Below, piece by piece: positions 1 through 9,009 of a stretch of DNA of 32,000 nt. Numbering within the stretch: the first letter of the stretch is position 1; every line of letters begins with the position of its first letter. The stretch spans positions 180,001 to 212,000 of the forward strand of contig NZ_LGHJ01000013.1 in NCBI RefSeq assembly GCF_001306055.1. The letters run 5' to 3'. Both the position numbers and the translations under genes were made by a program. The notes beneath the pieces are model-generated. The model saw only the letters and a list, made by a program, of their open reading frames with translations. It searched no databases and was not told the origin of the DNA. The stretch comes from Bellilinea caldifistulae. Its GTDB lineage: Bacteria; Chloroflexota; Anaerolineae; Anaerolineales; Anaerolineaceae.

Positions 1-1470
1 GCGGAAACCATTCCTGAAGAATTTTCCGCCGCAGAAGACCAGCTGACATCTCTCCCACCTTTTGAAGAGGGTCTTGCGGCGCTTTCCGATGAACTTCACG
101 GCGTTTCAGCCGGGGAACAACCGGTAGAGCCAGAAGATTTCAGATCCTTCCTGGAGGAAATTCCCTCGCTAGGCGAAGGCGCTTCATCTGCTTTCATTTT
201 GGAAACACCATCTGACCAACCTGCGGTTGAACAAGAATTTGAGGTCTCTCCCTTTATCAGCGAGGAGCTGCCCGAATGGTTCGATGAACAGGTCCTCGAA
301 TCTTCCGTTGAACCTACCGGCGCTGCTCCCGAAGGTGAAGAGAGCCTCGAACCGGCCGAATTACCCGGCTGGCTGGAAGCCATGCGCCCCATCGAAGCGG
401 TTGCACCGGGGCGGGTCGGTACCGATGAAGATCAGCGCATTGAAACCAGCGGTCCCCTTTCCGGTTTTCAGGGTGTGCTTCCGGCTGAAGCATTGATCAC
501 CCAATACAGCAAACCTTCCATTTATTCCGCTCGTTTACAGGTCAACGAGAAACAGCGCAACTACGCCAATCTTCTGGAATCGATACTTCAACAGGAAAAA
601 CAAGGCCATCCTTCCAGCGGGGTGAAAAGCGCAGGACCGCAGATCCTTGCTCGCATGTTGATCGGAATTTTGCTGGCAGTAACGATTTTATTCGTCCTGG
701 TAGGCGGAGTTAGCCTTGCCTCACCGCCGGCTTTGTTTGCCCCAGAAAATGTGGCCTTCTTTTCTCAAATTCGTTCCCTAACTTCTTCCGCAGAATCGAA
801 CGCCCCGATACTTCTCGCCGTGGATTTCGAACCAGCCCTGGCAGGCGAGATTTCCACGGTTGCCTCACCGGTGATGGACGATTTGATCCAATCCGGAAAA
901 AGCATGGTGGTTGTCTCGATCAATCCCACCGGTGCTGTGCTGGCAGAAGAACTTTTGCTGAACAACGCTTCCGATGGACAAGTACTCAATTTGGGATATC
1001 TGCCCGGGGGAGTTTCTTCCATTGCGGCTCTGGCAAGCCAGCCCGCACTGGCTGCTTCGCGCGACCGGTTTGGAACCTACGCCTGGGATCGCCAACCCTT
1101 CCAGACCGTCCAACACATTACAGACTTTGCGGCGATACTGCTGGTTACCGACAACACCGACACCAGTCGTTTGTGGATTGAACAACTCACGCCGTTATTG
1201 GACAAAACCCCCCTGTTGGTCATCGCCAGCAATCAAGCCGCACCGATGATTCAACCTTACGTCCAAAACGGGCAGTCAGCGGGTATGCTGGCCGGGTTGC
1301 CCGGACTGGCTGCCTATCAGCAATTGAACGGACGAACCGTCGGGCTTTCTGCCGGCTATCTGGATGCCTACCAGGCCGGGTTGATGGTCATTGTCGTGCT
1401 GGTCCTCCTTTTTAGCCTGTATTATCTGGTGATGCAATTATTCAAGAAGCCCGAAATAAAGGGGAAATAA
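1..1470 (+). CDS. 5'-truncated hypothetical membrane protein: acidic N-region, TM, ~230-aa extracytoplasmic domain, C-terminal TM
   Basis: Frame 1 is open from base 1, so the listed Met at 199 is internal. Acidic region carries ELPEWF and ELPGWL motifs. Hydrophobic segments ILARMLIGILLAVTILFVLVGGV and GLMVIVVLVLLFSLYYLV. Stop lies 5 nt before the next gene. Confidence 0.6.
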   Translation, partial: AETIPEEFSAAEDQLTSLPPFEEGLAALSDELHGVSAGEQPVEPEDFRSFLEEIPSLGEGASSAFILETPSDQPAVEQEFEVSPFISEELPEWFDEQVLESSVEPTGAAPEGEESLEPAELPGWLEAMRPIEAVAPGRVGTDEDQRIETSGPLSGFQGVLPAEALITQYSKPSIYSARLQVNEKQRNYANLLESILQQEKQGHPSSGVKSAGPQILARMLIGILLAVTILFVLVGGVSLASPPALFAPENVAFFSQIRSLTSSAESNAPILLAVDFEPALAGEISTVASPVMDDLIQSGKSMVVVSINPTGAVLAEELLLNNASDGQVLNLGYLPGGVSSIAALASQPALAASRDRFGTYAWDRQPFQTVQHITDFAAILLVTDNTDTSRLWIEQLTPLLDKTPLLVIASNQAAPMIQPYVQNGQSAGMLAGLPGLAAYQQLNGRTVGLSAGYLDAYQAGLMVIVVLVLLFSLYYLVMQLFKKPEIKGK

Positions 1471-1475
1471 GCATC

Positions 1476-2153
1476 ATGGATGTTGATTTTGCCTGGACCG
1501 CGGTTGCTTTCATTCTCACCCTGTTAACCCTCAGTTATATTCTTGGGGATAATCCCCTCTTCCGTTTGGCTGCCTATTTATTTGTAGGTGTCTCTGCCGG
1601 ATACGTGGCCGTCATCCTGTTATTCGAGGTCATCGTTCCCCGTCTGGTTTCGCCGCTCATATTTGGCAGCCCTGCGGAAAAAATGCTCGCACTGGTACCG
1701 GCCGTGTTGAGCCTGTTGCTGCTTTTCAAATTATCTCCCCGGCTGACCACGCTGGGCAATCCCTCAATGGCGTTTCTGGTCGGCAGCGGTGCGGCGGTCA
1801 TCGTCGGCGGAGCGGTCAGCGGCACCCTTTTTGGACAAATCCGCGGCGCAATTCAGCCATTTGCGCTCTCCCAAAGCGGCAGCGGTTTGCAGACAGGCGG
1901 TCAGTTATTCGGTGGACTCATCCTGTTAATCGGTACAATCTCTACATTGGTTTACTTTCAATTCAGCGCCCGCCGAAAAGCCAATCAACAAACCAGGCGG
2001 CCCGCGGTTATTCAGGTGGCAGCCTTTGGCGGACAGATTTTCATCGCGATTACCCTCGGCGCTTTGTATGCTGGTGTCCTGGCGGCTGCCCTCACGGCGC
2101 TGATTGAGCGATTCGACTTCCTGCGCACGGCAATCCAAACCTTCCTTCCATGA
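1476..2153 (+). CDS. hypothetical multi-pass membrane protein
   Basis: 225-aa ORF with about 6 hydrophobic helices. AAGGGGA lies upstream of the ATG. 5-nt gap to the upstream gene and 3-nt gap to the downstream gene. Confidence 0.6.
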   Translation: MDVDFAWTAVAFILTLLTLSYILGDNPLFRLAAYLFVGVSAGYVAVILLFEVIVPRLVSPLIFGSPAEKMLALVPAVLSLLLLFKLSPRLTTLGNPSMAFLVGSGAAVIVGGAVSGTLFGQIRGAIQPFALSQSGSGLQTGGQLFGGLILLIGTISTLVYFQFSARRKANQQTRRPAVIQVAAFGGQIFIAITLGALYAGVLAAALTALIERFDFLRTAIQTFLP

Positions 2154-2156
2154 AAA

Positions 2157-3884
2157 GTGCCTATGACCACTTCACTAGTTGACGCCGAATCCGTTCTCGC
2201 CATTGAAATTGGCAGTATTCATACCCGCGCCCTGCTATTTGACGTGGTGGACGGGCAGTACCGTTTCATTGGCGCCGGTCGCGCTCCGACAACCATCCAT
2301 GCGCCGTTCTTTGATATTTCGGAGGGTATCCATCTGGCGATTTCCCATTTGCAGGAGATTACATCGCGCATCCTCTTGGAAGAATCACGCCTGATTCTAC
2401 CGGGGAAAGCAGATGGTAGCGGGGTAGATCAGGTTGTGTTGACATATACCGCCGGTCAACCGTTGCGAGTGGTGGTCATGGGTTTGTTGGAGGATGTTTC
2501 TGTGGAAAGCGCCCGACGTCTGGCTGCTTCGGCCCACACCATCATTACCGAAGCCATCGGATTGAACGACCGCCGTCCCCCTGAAGCGCAAATTGATGCG
2601 TTGCTGCGCGCCAGGCCGGATTTGATCATTCTTTCTGGCGGCACCGATCAAGGAGCGAGCCGCTCCATTGCTAAAAATGTTGACCTGCTCACATTTGCGC
2701 TACAAATCATCCCGCGTGAAAAAAGACCCGAAGTGATCTATGCGGGCAATCATGCCCTGGTCACCCCCGTCAAAGATGTGCTGAGCACATATACCCAGGT
2801 GCATGTTGCCCCCAATCTCCGCCCTGAGATTGATGTAGAAAACCTCTCCCCGGCACAGGATATCCTCGCAGATGCTGAATTTCACATCCGTTCGCGTCAA
2901 ATTGGCGGACTCCAATCGTATCGCTCGATACTGGCCGTAGAACCGCTTTCTGCGCCGTTTGCCTTTGCCCGAATGATCCGCTTTTTGAGCCGCATCAACA
3001 ATCCCGGTAAGGGAGTCATTGGAGTGGATTTAGGGGCAGGTAACCTGATTATTGCCAGCGCTTTTCAGGGAAATTCAGCGGTCAGTGTTTTGCCAATGGG
3101 TACCGGCCCGGGCATGGCACAGGCGCTGCGTACCATCCCCATTTCGGAAATCAGCCGCTGGCTTCCCATTCACATCCCCGAAAGCGTGGTGGAAGATTAC
3201 CTCTGGCATAAAACCCTCCACCCCACTTTGCTCCCTGTGACCACCGAAACCGCCGCGGTTGAACAGGCTGCCATTCGCCAGGTTTTGTGGAATGGATTAA
3301 ATCAGCATCGCACTCGCTATCCAAACACGCCGTTGTTAGCCGAACCCATCCTGGCTGCCGGCATGCCCCTCACCCAATGGTCACCCCAAACCAGCCTGAT
3401 GTTGCTGGTGGACGGCCTTCAGCCTTTCGGGATTACCACTTTTGTACAGGATGCTCATGGATTAACCGCAGCCCTGGGTATTATTTCCACCAATAACGCC
3501 ATACTTCCGGTTCAGGTCATCGAATCGAACGCCTTTGTGAATCTGGGAACGGTCATCGTCCCGCTGAGCAATGCCCGCTACGGTACCAGCATCCTCAAAG
3601 TGAAAGTAGAGTACGAGGCCGGCAACCAGATCAGTTTGGAAGTTCGGCAGGGCAGCGTTACGGCTTTACCCATCCAAACCGGACAAACCGCCAGGGTTCA
3701 TCTGCAACCCTTACGCCCCATCACCATTGACCCGATTGGCAAAGATACTACCCGCTCTTTCAAGGTGATTGGCGGTGTATGCGGAGTCATTGTAGATGCC
3801 CGCGGCCGTCCTTTATCCTTACCAACGGATGCCGCCCGGCGAAGGGACATGCTCAAAAAATGGGCAGCCGGCTTTGGCGCATAA
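2157..3884 (+). CDS. actin-fold (ASKHA) ATPase, glutamate-mutase accessory MutL/GlmL-like, orphan context
   Basis: N-terminal phosphate-1-like motif LAIEIGSIHTRALLFDVV and DLIILSGGTDQGASRSI, resembling the GGTDGG motif of the GlmL/MutL family. No glutamate mutase genes nearby. Start is GTG 2157 or ATG 2163. Confidence 0.6.
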   Translation: MPMTTSLVDAESVLAIEIGSIHTRALLFDVVDGQYRFIGAGRAPTTIHAPFFDISEGIHLAISHLQEITSRILLEESRLILPGKADGSGVDQVVLTYTAGQPLRVVVMGLLEDVSVESARRLAASAHTIITEAIGLNDRRPPEAQIDALLRARPDLIILSGGTDQGASRSIAKNVDLLTFALQIIPREKRPEVIYAGNHALVTPVKDVLSTYTQVHVAPNLRPEIDVENLSPAQDILADAEFHIRSRQIGGLQSYRSILAVEPLSAPFAFARMIRFLSRINNPGKGVIGVDLGAGNLIIASAFQGNSAVSVLPMGTGPGMAQALRTIPISEISRWLPIHIPESVVEDYLWHKTLHPTLLPVTTETAAVEQAAIRQVLWNGLNQHRTRYPNTPLLAEPILAAGMPLTQWSPQTSLMLLVDGLQPFGITTFVQDAHGLTAALGIISTNNAILPVQVIESNAFVNLGTVIVPLSNARYGTSILKVKVEYEAGNQISLEVRQGSVTALPIQTGQTARVHLQPLRPITIDPIGKDTTRSFKVIGGVCGVIVDARGRPLSLPTDAARRRDMLKKWAAGFGA

Positions 3885-3929
3885 ATCTGGTACAGAAGTT
3901 GCACTCTTCCACTTGAGGTCACAAGGAAA

Positions 3930-4979
3930 ATGATCGCTCCAGTCACCCATATTCTCCCTCTGGCACACATCCGCCGGGCTCGCATGTTACCGGGCAAGGG
4001 GCGTATTCTGGCACGGGTTGGACAAGAGGTCAACGCCGCTTATGTAGTTGCTGAGGCCGATCTGCCCGGCAGTCATATTCTGGTGGACGTGCGCCGAATA
4101 CTGGGATTAAAGCGGGTCGAACAGGCTCATCGCCTGATTGAGCGAAAAGTAGGTGAAAGAGTAGAAAAGGGAGACATCCTTGCCCAAACCGGCGGTTTGC
4201 TTCCCAAGGTGATTCGCGCCCCCGCCGATTCGACCATTGTGGCCATCCAGCGCGGTCAAATTCTCCTCGAAAAACCGGGCGAACACTTCGAACTCAAAGC
4301 CGGGTTAAATGGAGTGGTCAGCGAAGTCCTGTCCGAGCGAGGTGTCGTCGTTGAAACGCATGGGGCGCTGATCCAGGGGGTGTGGGGAAACGGTCAAATC
4401 AACGGCGGACTGCTGCAATTTGCCGTTTCGCAGCCGGATGAAGAGATTCATCGAGGCAATCTGGATATGAGTTTACGCGGCTCAATTGTTGTCGGTGGAT
4501 TTATCCACAAAGCCGATGCGCTGGACGCCGCCGAGGAATTACCACTGCGCGGGCTGGTACTTGGCAGTATTTCGGCCGCATTAATCAGTGCGGCTCAAAA
4601 ATGCAGCGTTCCGATTATGGTCACCGAGGGTTTTGGGCAAATCCCCATGAATCGGGCTGCTTTTCGTCTCTTGAAGACCCATGAAAAACGCGAAACCTCC
4701 ATTAACACCAGCTGGAATCCGGAATTTGGGGAAAGGCCGGAGATTGTGGTTTCGTTACCCTCCCAGGGCCAAACCCCGATGGATGTGGTGGAGTTTACGG
4801 TTGGGCAAACCGTGCGCATTCTCAGTGCGCCCCATAGCGGCGAAATTGGCACACTCGTCGCAATCCGGCCGGGGCGGGTTACCTTGCCGGGAGGTTTGCG
4901 GGTTCAGGTAGCGGAAATTCGTCTGGAAAATAACCAGCAGATTTCGTTACCACTCACAAACCTGGATGTGCTAGAATAA
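3930..4979 (+). CDS. hypothetical protein with barrel-sandwich-hybrid-like N-part and KOW-like C-terminus
   Basis: VGERVEKGDILAQT...IRAPADSTIVAI resembles a biotinyl/lipoyl-like hybrid motif. C-terminal VGQTVRILSAPHSGEIGTLVAI is KOW-like. AAGGAAA lies before the ATG. Confidence 0.5.
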   Translation: MIAPVTHILPLAHIRRARMLPGKGRILARVGQEVNAAYVVAEADLPGSHILVDVRRILGLKRVEQAHRLIERKVGERVEKGDILAQTGGLLPKVIRAPADSTIVAIQRGQILLEKPGEHFELKAGLNGVVSEVLSERGVVVETHGALIQGVWGNGQINGGLLQFAVSQPDEEIHRGNLDMSLRGSIVVGGFIHKADALDAAEELPLRGLVLGSISAALISAAQKCSVPIMVTEGFGQIPMNRAAFRLLKTHEKRETSINTSWNPEFGERPEIVVSLPSQGQTPMDVVEFTVGQTVRILSAPHSGEIGTLVAIRPGRVTLPGGLRVQVAEIRLENNQQISLPLTNLDVLE

Positions 4980-4997
4980 CCTCTAGGAGAAGCACCC

Positions 4998-5630
4998 ATG
5001 AACATAGACAATAATAATCCTGAAGAAAACCCTTTTGAAGAGTTCAAACCCGATTACCCAGAAGAACAGCCGCTGGAAGAAGAGGGCGAACCAAAAAGCA
5101 ACAAGACTTTCTGGCTTGTGGTCGGTGTAATTGCCAGCGTCTTTGTGTTGGCGGTAGTCGTCATCATCATCTTCGTCATTGCCAACCGCAACCGCGCCGG
5201 GGAGTACACCCAGCAGGCCGCCCAAATCAACGCCCAAAACACGGCAATCGCCCAACAAGCTACCGATATCTACGTTCAGGAAATTCGCCGCATGACAGAA
5301 AAAGCCGTCCTGCCGCCCACCTGGACGCCGACCGTCGTTGTGGTAATTGCTACCAGCACACCTCAACCGACAGCCACTTCGGGTGTCCTTGCAGAAGGCG
5401 ATTCGGCAGCCCGCACGGCAACGGTCGCAGCCTTCCTCACCTCTGTTGCGCAGGGCAGCCCAACCGTCCCACCCACCCTTGGGGCCGGCACGATCGCCCC
5501 CACCTCAACTGCCTTACCCAACACCGGTTTTATGGATGAAGTCGGTTTGCCCGGCATGTTTGGCGTAGCGCTTGCCCTCATTTTGGTTGTGCTGATCGTG
5601 CGGCGGTTGCGCCTCTCGACCAGCAGTTAG
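4998..5630 (+). CDS. LPXTG-type sortase substrate with an additional N-terminal TM anchor
   Basis: C-terminus is LPNTG, then the hydrophobic FMDEVGLPGMFGVALALILVVLIV, then RRLR: a classic sorting signal. N-terminus has an acidic 37-aa region then TM FWLVVGVIASVFVLAVVVIIIFVI. AGGAGA RBS lies 8 nt upstream. Confidence 0.75.
   Translation: MNIDNNNPEENPFEEFKPDYPEEQPLEEEGEPKSNKTFWLVVGVIASVFVLAVVVIIIFVIANRNRAGEYTQQAAQINAQNTAIAQQATDIYVQEIRRMTEKAVLPPTWTPTVVVVIATSTPQPTATSGVLAEGDSAARTATVAAFLTSVAQGSPTVPPTLGAGTIAPTSTALPNTGFMDEVGLPGMFGVALALILVVLIVRRLRLSTSS
5514..5528 (+). other. LPNTG sortase recognition motif (codons tta ccc aac acc ggt)
   Basis: Read directly; located 33 residues from the C-terminus. 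Confidence 0.75.
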
Positions 5631-5698
5631 TTGTCATCGGCTCTCATCAGGACCCATTTACCGGCTGTCAACCGACACGCGGGTGCCCTTACTCCTTG

Positions 5699-5734
5699 AA
5701 AAACATCAATCCCCGGCGAAAACCGTCGGGGATT
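5699..5734 (-). terminator. rho-independent terminator downstream of the phosphohexomutase gene
   Basis: 11-bp stem aatccccggcg / cgtcggggatt (one G-U pair) with loop aaaac. On the minus strand it is followed by gatgTTTTT. Confidence 0.55.
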
Positions 5735-5762
5735 GCCATTCTAATCGGACAGTCACCTTCTT

Positions 5763-7223
5763 TCAGGCGACACTGGCAGCCACTACCTCGCCGTACTTCA
5801 ACAATTCCTTGACCATCTCCATTGAACGCCCCTCTGCATACACCCTCAAAACCGGTTCCGTGCCGGAGGGACGAATCAACAACCACGAATCATCCGCTAA
5901 AATGTATTTGACTCCATCGCGGGTGCTGACCTCGACAATGGTCTCTCCGCCAATTTGAGCCAGGGCTTCGTTTTGCAGGCGGGATGTCATCTTATCCTTT
6001 GCTACCGGATGTTTCAGACGCAAATCCCGTCGTTCGTAGAAAGCCGGTCCGACTTCAGCCAGTAAATCATCAACCAGATCCACCAGACTTCCCCCCGAAT
6101 CGGCAACCATTTCCACGATCAACAAACCCATCAAAATGCCATCCCCTTCGGGAATGTGACCCTTGAAAGAAATTCCCCCGGACTCTTCTCCACCAATCAG
6201 AACATCTTCTTTGAGCATGTAATCGGCAATGTGATTGAAACCGACCGGGGTTTCGTGCAAAGTCATACCGTACTTGCGGGCAAGCCGGTCAATCATCCGA
6301 GTGGTAGAAACCGTCCGCACCACCGACCCTTTCCAGCCGCGTTTTTTCACCAGATACCGCAAAGCCAATGCCATGATTTTGTGCGGATCAACAAAATTGC
6401 CCCGCTCATCCATTGCCCCAATTCGATCAGCATCGCCATCGGTAGCCAGACCAAAACTACCCGCCCCTGTTGAAATAGCCCCGGCCAGCGCCCCCAAATA
6501 GCGGCTGATCGGTTCCGGATGAACACCGCCAAATCCGGGATTCATCTCCCCGCGAATCTCAAAAACCTCACAGCCGGTTCCCTGAAGAATGGAACGAATC
6601 ACGCCGCGTCCAGAGCCGTACATCGAATCCACCACAATCCGTTGGGGATTTTCTGCGATCAGGTCAAAATCAATCAACCGGCGCAGATGATCGGCGTAAG
6701 CCGGTATCGGGTTAAAGCGTTGAATCAGGCTCAACTGGCGAGCCTGCTCGAATTCCATCAGGTTGGGGCCGCGCGCCTGAGCCTCATTGTCATTAAGGTA
6801 AACCTCCACCTTCCGGCATTGTTCAGGGGATGCCGAACCGCCAAACGCGGCTTTGAGTTTTACACCATTGTAACGCGGTGCATTGTGGGAGGCAGTAATC
6901 ATAATTCCGCCAATCGCATTAAGATGACGCACCGCATACGAAATGGCCGGTGTGGGTGCATCTGCCTGCGCCAGATACACAGTAAAGCCATTGGCCGCCA
7001 GCACCCGAGCGGCTTCAGCCGCATAGCGATCCGAAAGGAAGCGGGTGTCAAACCCCACCACCATCAGCCGCGGATTCGCGACCAAACCATTACCTGTTCC
7101 GTTCAGCCAGCCATCGGTTGCCACGGCATCGGCAATTGCCTGTGTAACCAGCCGTAAGTTATTGAAAGTGAAAGTATCCGAGATAACCGCACGCCATCCA
7201 TCCGTGCCAAAATGTATTGTCAT
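5763..7223 (-). CDS. alpha-D-phosphohexomutase (phosphoglucomutase/phosphomannomutase family)
   Basis: FGTDGWRA N-terminus, active-site loop TASHNAPRYNG, Mg site DGDADR, sugar-binding GGEESGG. GGAG RBS lies 7 nt upstream. Confidence 0.9.
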   Translation of the reverse strand: MTIHFGTDGWRAVISDTFTFNNLRLVTQAIADAVATDGWLNGTGNGLVANPRLMVVGFDTRFLSDRYAAEAARVLAANGFTVYLAQADAPTPAISYAVRHLNAIGGIMITASHNAPRYNGVKLKAAFGGSASPEQCRKVEVYLNDNEAQARGPNLMEFEQARQLSLIQRFNPIPAYADHLRRLIDFDLIAENPQRIVVDSMYGSGRGVIRSILQGTGCEVFEIRGEMNPGFGGVHPEPISRYLGALAGAISTGAGSFGLATDGDADRIGAMDERGNFVDPHKIMALALRYLVKKRGWKGSVVRTVSTTRMIDRLARKYGMTLHETPVGFNHIADYMLKEDVLIGGEESGGISFKGHIPEGDGILMGLLIVEMVADSGGSLVDLVDDLLAEVGPAFYERRDLRLKHPVAKDKMTSRLQNEALAQIGGETIVEVSTRDGVKYILADDSWLLIRPSGTEPVLRVYAEGRSMEMVKELLKYGEVVAASVA

Positions 7224-7288
7224 ACCAATCTCCTGTGAAAAAATTATCAGGGTTATTCACCCTGCATTTTAACGGCATATTTCTAGAT

Positions 7289-8491
7289 TTACCATGCCGG
7301 CGCTGGCGTTGCGGTTGCCAGCAAAGCCTGCACCATCCACCCCACCAATCCATTTTCGGTTCGCACCTGCACCCAAATGGTACTTCCCTCTCCTCTCACC
7401 GGCTCAGAAATCACCTGCACCAGACTGCCATTGAGCAAGGAAGTTAATGCTCTTCCACCCGGTTCCTCGCGAACAATGGCGCCATCGCTCTGCGGGGCAT
7501 TGACCCGCGCCCAAACCGGTGTCGGCTGAGGAGTCACTGTCACCGTAGGCGTGAAGGTGGGTTGAATGGTTGCTGTGGGTGTGAACGTCGGCGGCAGGGA
7601 TGAGGGGGATGGCGATGGAGGGAGAGTGGCTTGGGAAGGCAAAGTCGAAGTCAGCGTTGGGGTTGGCGTACCAGTCGGTAAAGTAGCCACCACAACCGGT
7701 TGGGCCATCATCAGGCCGATAATCAGCACGGCTGCAATCAAACCAATGAGGATGATGGATGAACCGAGTGTATAGCCGAATACATTGGCGGGCTTCAAAC
7801 CCATTGCGAATAAAACAATCGAGCCGACCAGAGCCGACCATGCCAGATGAATGATGAAAACAATCACACCGTCCATCCATGAGCCGGGCAAACCATAACT
7901 TAGCGAAAACCCGGCCACCCCTAATGGCAACAACAGTTCATAGGCAATCGCCACACTGGCAACCAGCGGCTTCTGGCGCGGGGAACGTACCAGCATGTAA
8001 TTGGCCAGACCCACCCCAATTCCCAGCACAATGAAATTGGGTATTGAAAAGAGAGAAAAGTTAACCGGCATTGAAAGGGAGTTGCCCGGTAAAATCGCTT
8101 TTCCAATTCCACCGGCGAGTACGCCCAGCCCAAAAATGATCAAGCAGGCAATCGCCAGGCTGCTCAGGGCTTTCAGGAAAAACCTGCCCGATCCCACCAC
8201 AACCGCCAGTGAAAGTCCCAATGCTGGTCCAAGAAATGGGGCAATCAAAGCCGCCAAAAGATACAAAGCCGGCGAATCCAGCCACACGGCAACCCCTAAA
8301 ACAACCCCAGCAAAGAATGTGAACAGAAAAAATTCGTAACCGGGCGTAACCTGATGCGCCAGCTGTTCTAAAAAAGCCGCCCGCTCATCTCCCCCGGCAG
8401 GCAACAGGGAACGCCGCACCCGCCGACGGCGGGCAGGCGGCAGGCGATTTTCATCCTCAGGGAGCAAAGGTTCACTGGTCGGAATACTCAT
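7289..8491 (-). CDS. multi-pass membrane protein (DUF389-like, tentative) fused via a long Pro/Thr linker to a C-terminal SH3b-like domain
   Basis: About 7 TM helices (LIAPFLGPALGLSLAVVVG is DUF389-like). Roughly 60 aa of PT-rich linker (PTGTPTPTLTSTLP...TFTPTVTVTPQPTP). C-terminal WARVNAPQSDGAIVREEP...WVQVRTENGLVGWM is typical of bacterial SH3. The ATG overlaps the upstream stop (ATGA). Confidence 0.65.
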   Translation of the reverse strand: MSIPTSEPLLPEDENRLPPARRRRVRRSLLPAGGDERAAFLEQLAHQVTPGYEFFLFTFFAGVVLGVAVWLDSPALYLLAALIAPFLGPALGLSLAVVVGSGRFFLKALSSLAIACLIIFGLGVLAGGIGKAILPGNSLSMPVNFSLFSIPNFIVLGIGVGLANYMLVRSPRQKPLVASVAIAYELLLPLGVAGFSLSYGLPGSWMDGVIVFIIHLAWSALVGSIVLFAMGLKPANVFGYTLGSSIILIGLIAAVLIIGLMMAQPVVVATLPTGTPTPTLTSTLPSQATLPPSPSPSSLPPTFTPTATIQPTFTPTVTVTPQPTPVWARVNAPQSDGAIVREEPGGRALTSLLNGSLVQVISEPVRGEGSTIWVQVRTENGLVGWMVQALLATATPAPAW

Positions 8492-8958
8492 TGGCGTAAG
8501 GTGGCAATCAGCCGTAATGGTTTTTCCAGCAATTCCAGTGCGCTTAAGATATCCGGTACCACAATATCAGCAGCCATTAAGGCGGCAGTAGAAACGCCTT
8601 CACGCGAAAAGACACAAATCCCCAAAGCCGCTTCCGCCAGCATACCGGCATCGTTGGCGCCCTGTCCAATCGCAATCACCTGACTGGCACCCAGCGAGCG
8701 GACAAATTCGGCCTTTTGCTCAGCCTGATTGCCGGATTTAAGGCGATGGGCAGTCAAATTCAACTGATGGTCAATCATTTCCTGTCTGCCATGCGTATCC
8801 GCCGTAATCAAGTGAATCGTCAGACGGTCTTTTAAAACCGAAAGGCTGCGTCCCACCCCGTCTATCAGCTTGCCGTCTAAAGCCAGCGTTCCGTTGACAT
8901 CACAGACCAGATGGTTGAGCCTTAATTCACCGCGACCGGGGATATTAATCTCAATCAT
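8488..8958 (-). CDS. small HAD-superfamily protein, soluble P-type-ATPase-like (COG4087-like)
   Basis: Motif I variant LVCDVNGTL, plus ITADTHG and GQGANDAGML (GDGxND-like). I start it at Met147 of the listed 302-aa ORF, because the upstream part overlaps a credible opposite-strand lipoprotein gene and lacks protein-like composition. Confidence 0.75.
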   Translation of the reverse strand: MIEINIPGRGELRLNHLVCDVNGTLALDGKLIDGVGRSLSVLKDRLTIHLITADTHGRQEMIDHQLNLTAHRLKSGNQAEQKAEFVRSLGASQVIAIGQGANDAGMLAEAALGICVFSREGVSTAALMAADIVVPDILSALELLEKPLRLIATLRQ

Positions 8959-8964
8959 AAAATA

Positions 8965-8972
8965 ATTATAAT
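8965..8972. promoter_or_regulatory. palindromic ATTATAAT giving a TATAAT -10 box on both strands (divergent promoters)
   Basis: Minus strand reads TATAAT-tatttt-ATG (8958), a 6-nt spacing. Plus strand has TATAAT at 8967-8972, 37 nt before ATG 9010. Confidence 0.4.
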
Positions 8973-9009
8973 ACAGACTTAAAAAAGCATTTCCGGGTAA
9001 AATTAGCCC

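Noticed and set aside
6519-7157. 212-aa ORF on the plus strand (plus other 60-105-aa ORFs in 5984-6501)
   Set aside because: Antisense or off-frame within the phosphohexomutase gene.
7404-7880. 158-aa ORF on the minus strand inside the 7289-8491 gene
   Set aside because: An off-frame overlap within a much longer membrane-protein ORF; the composition is Cys/His/Asp-rich and implausible.
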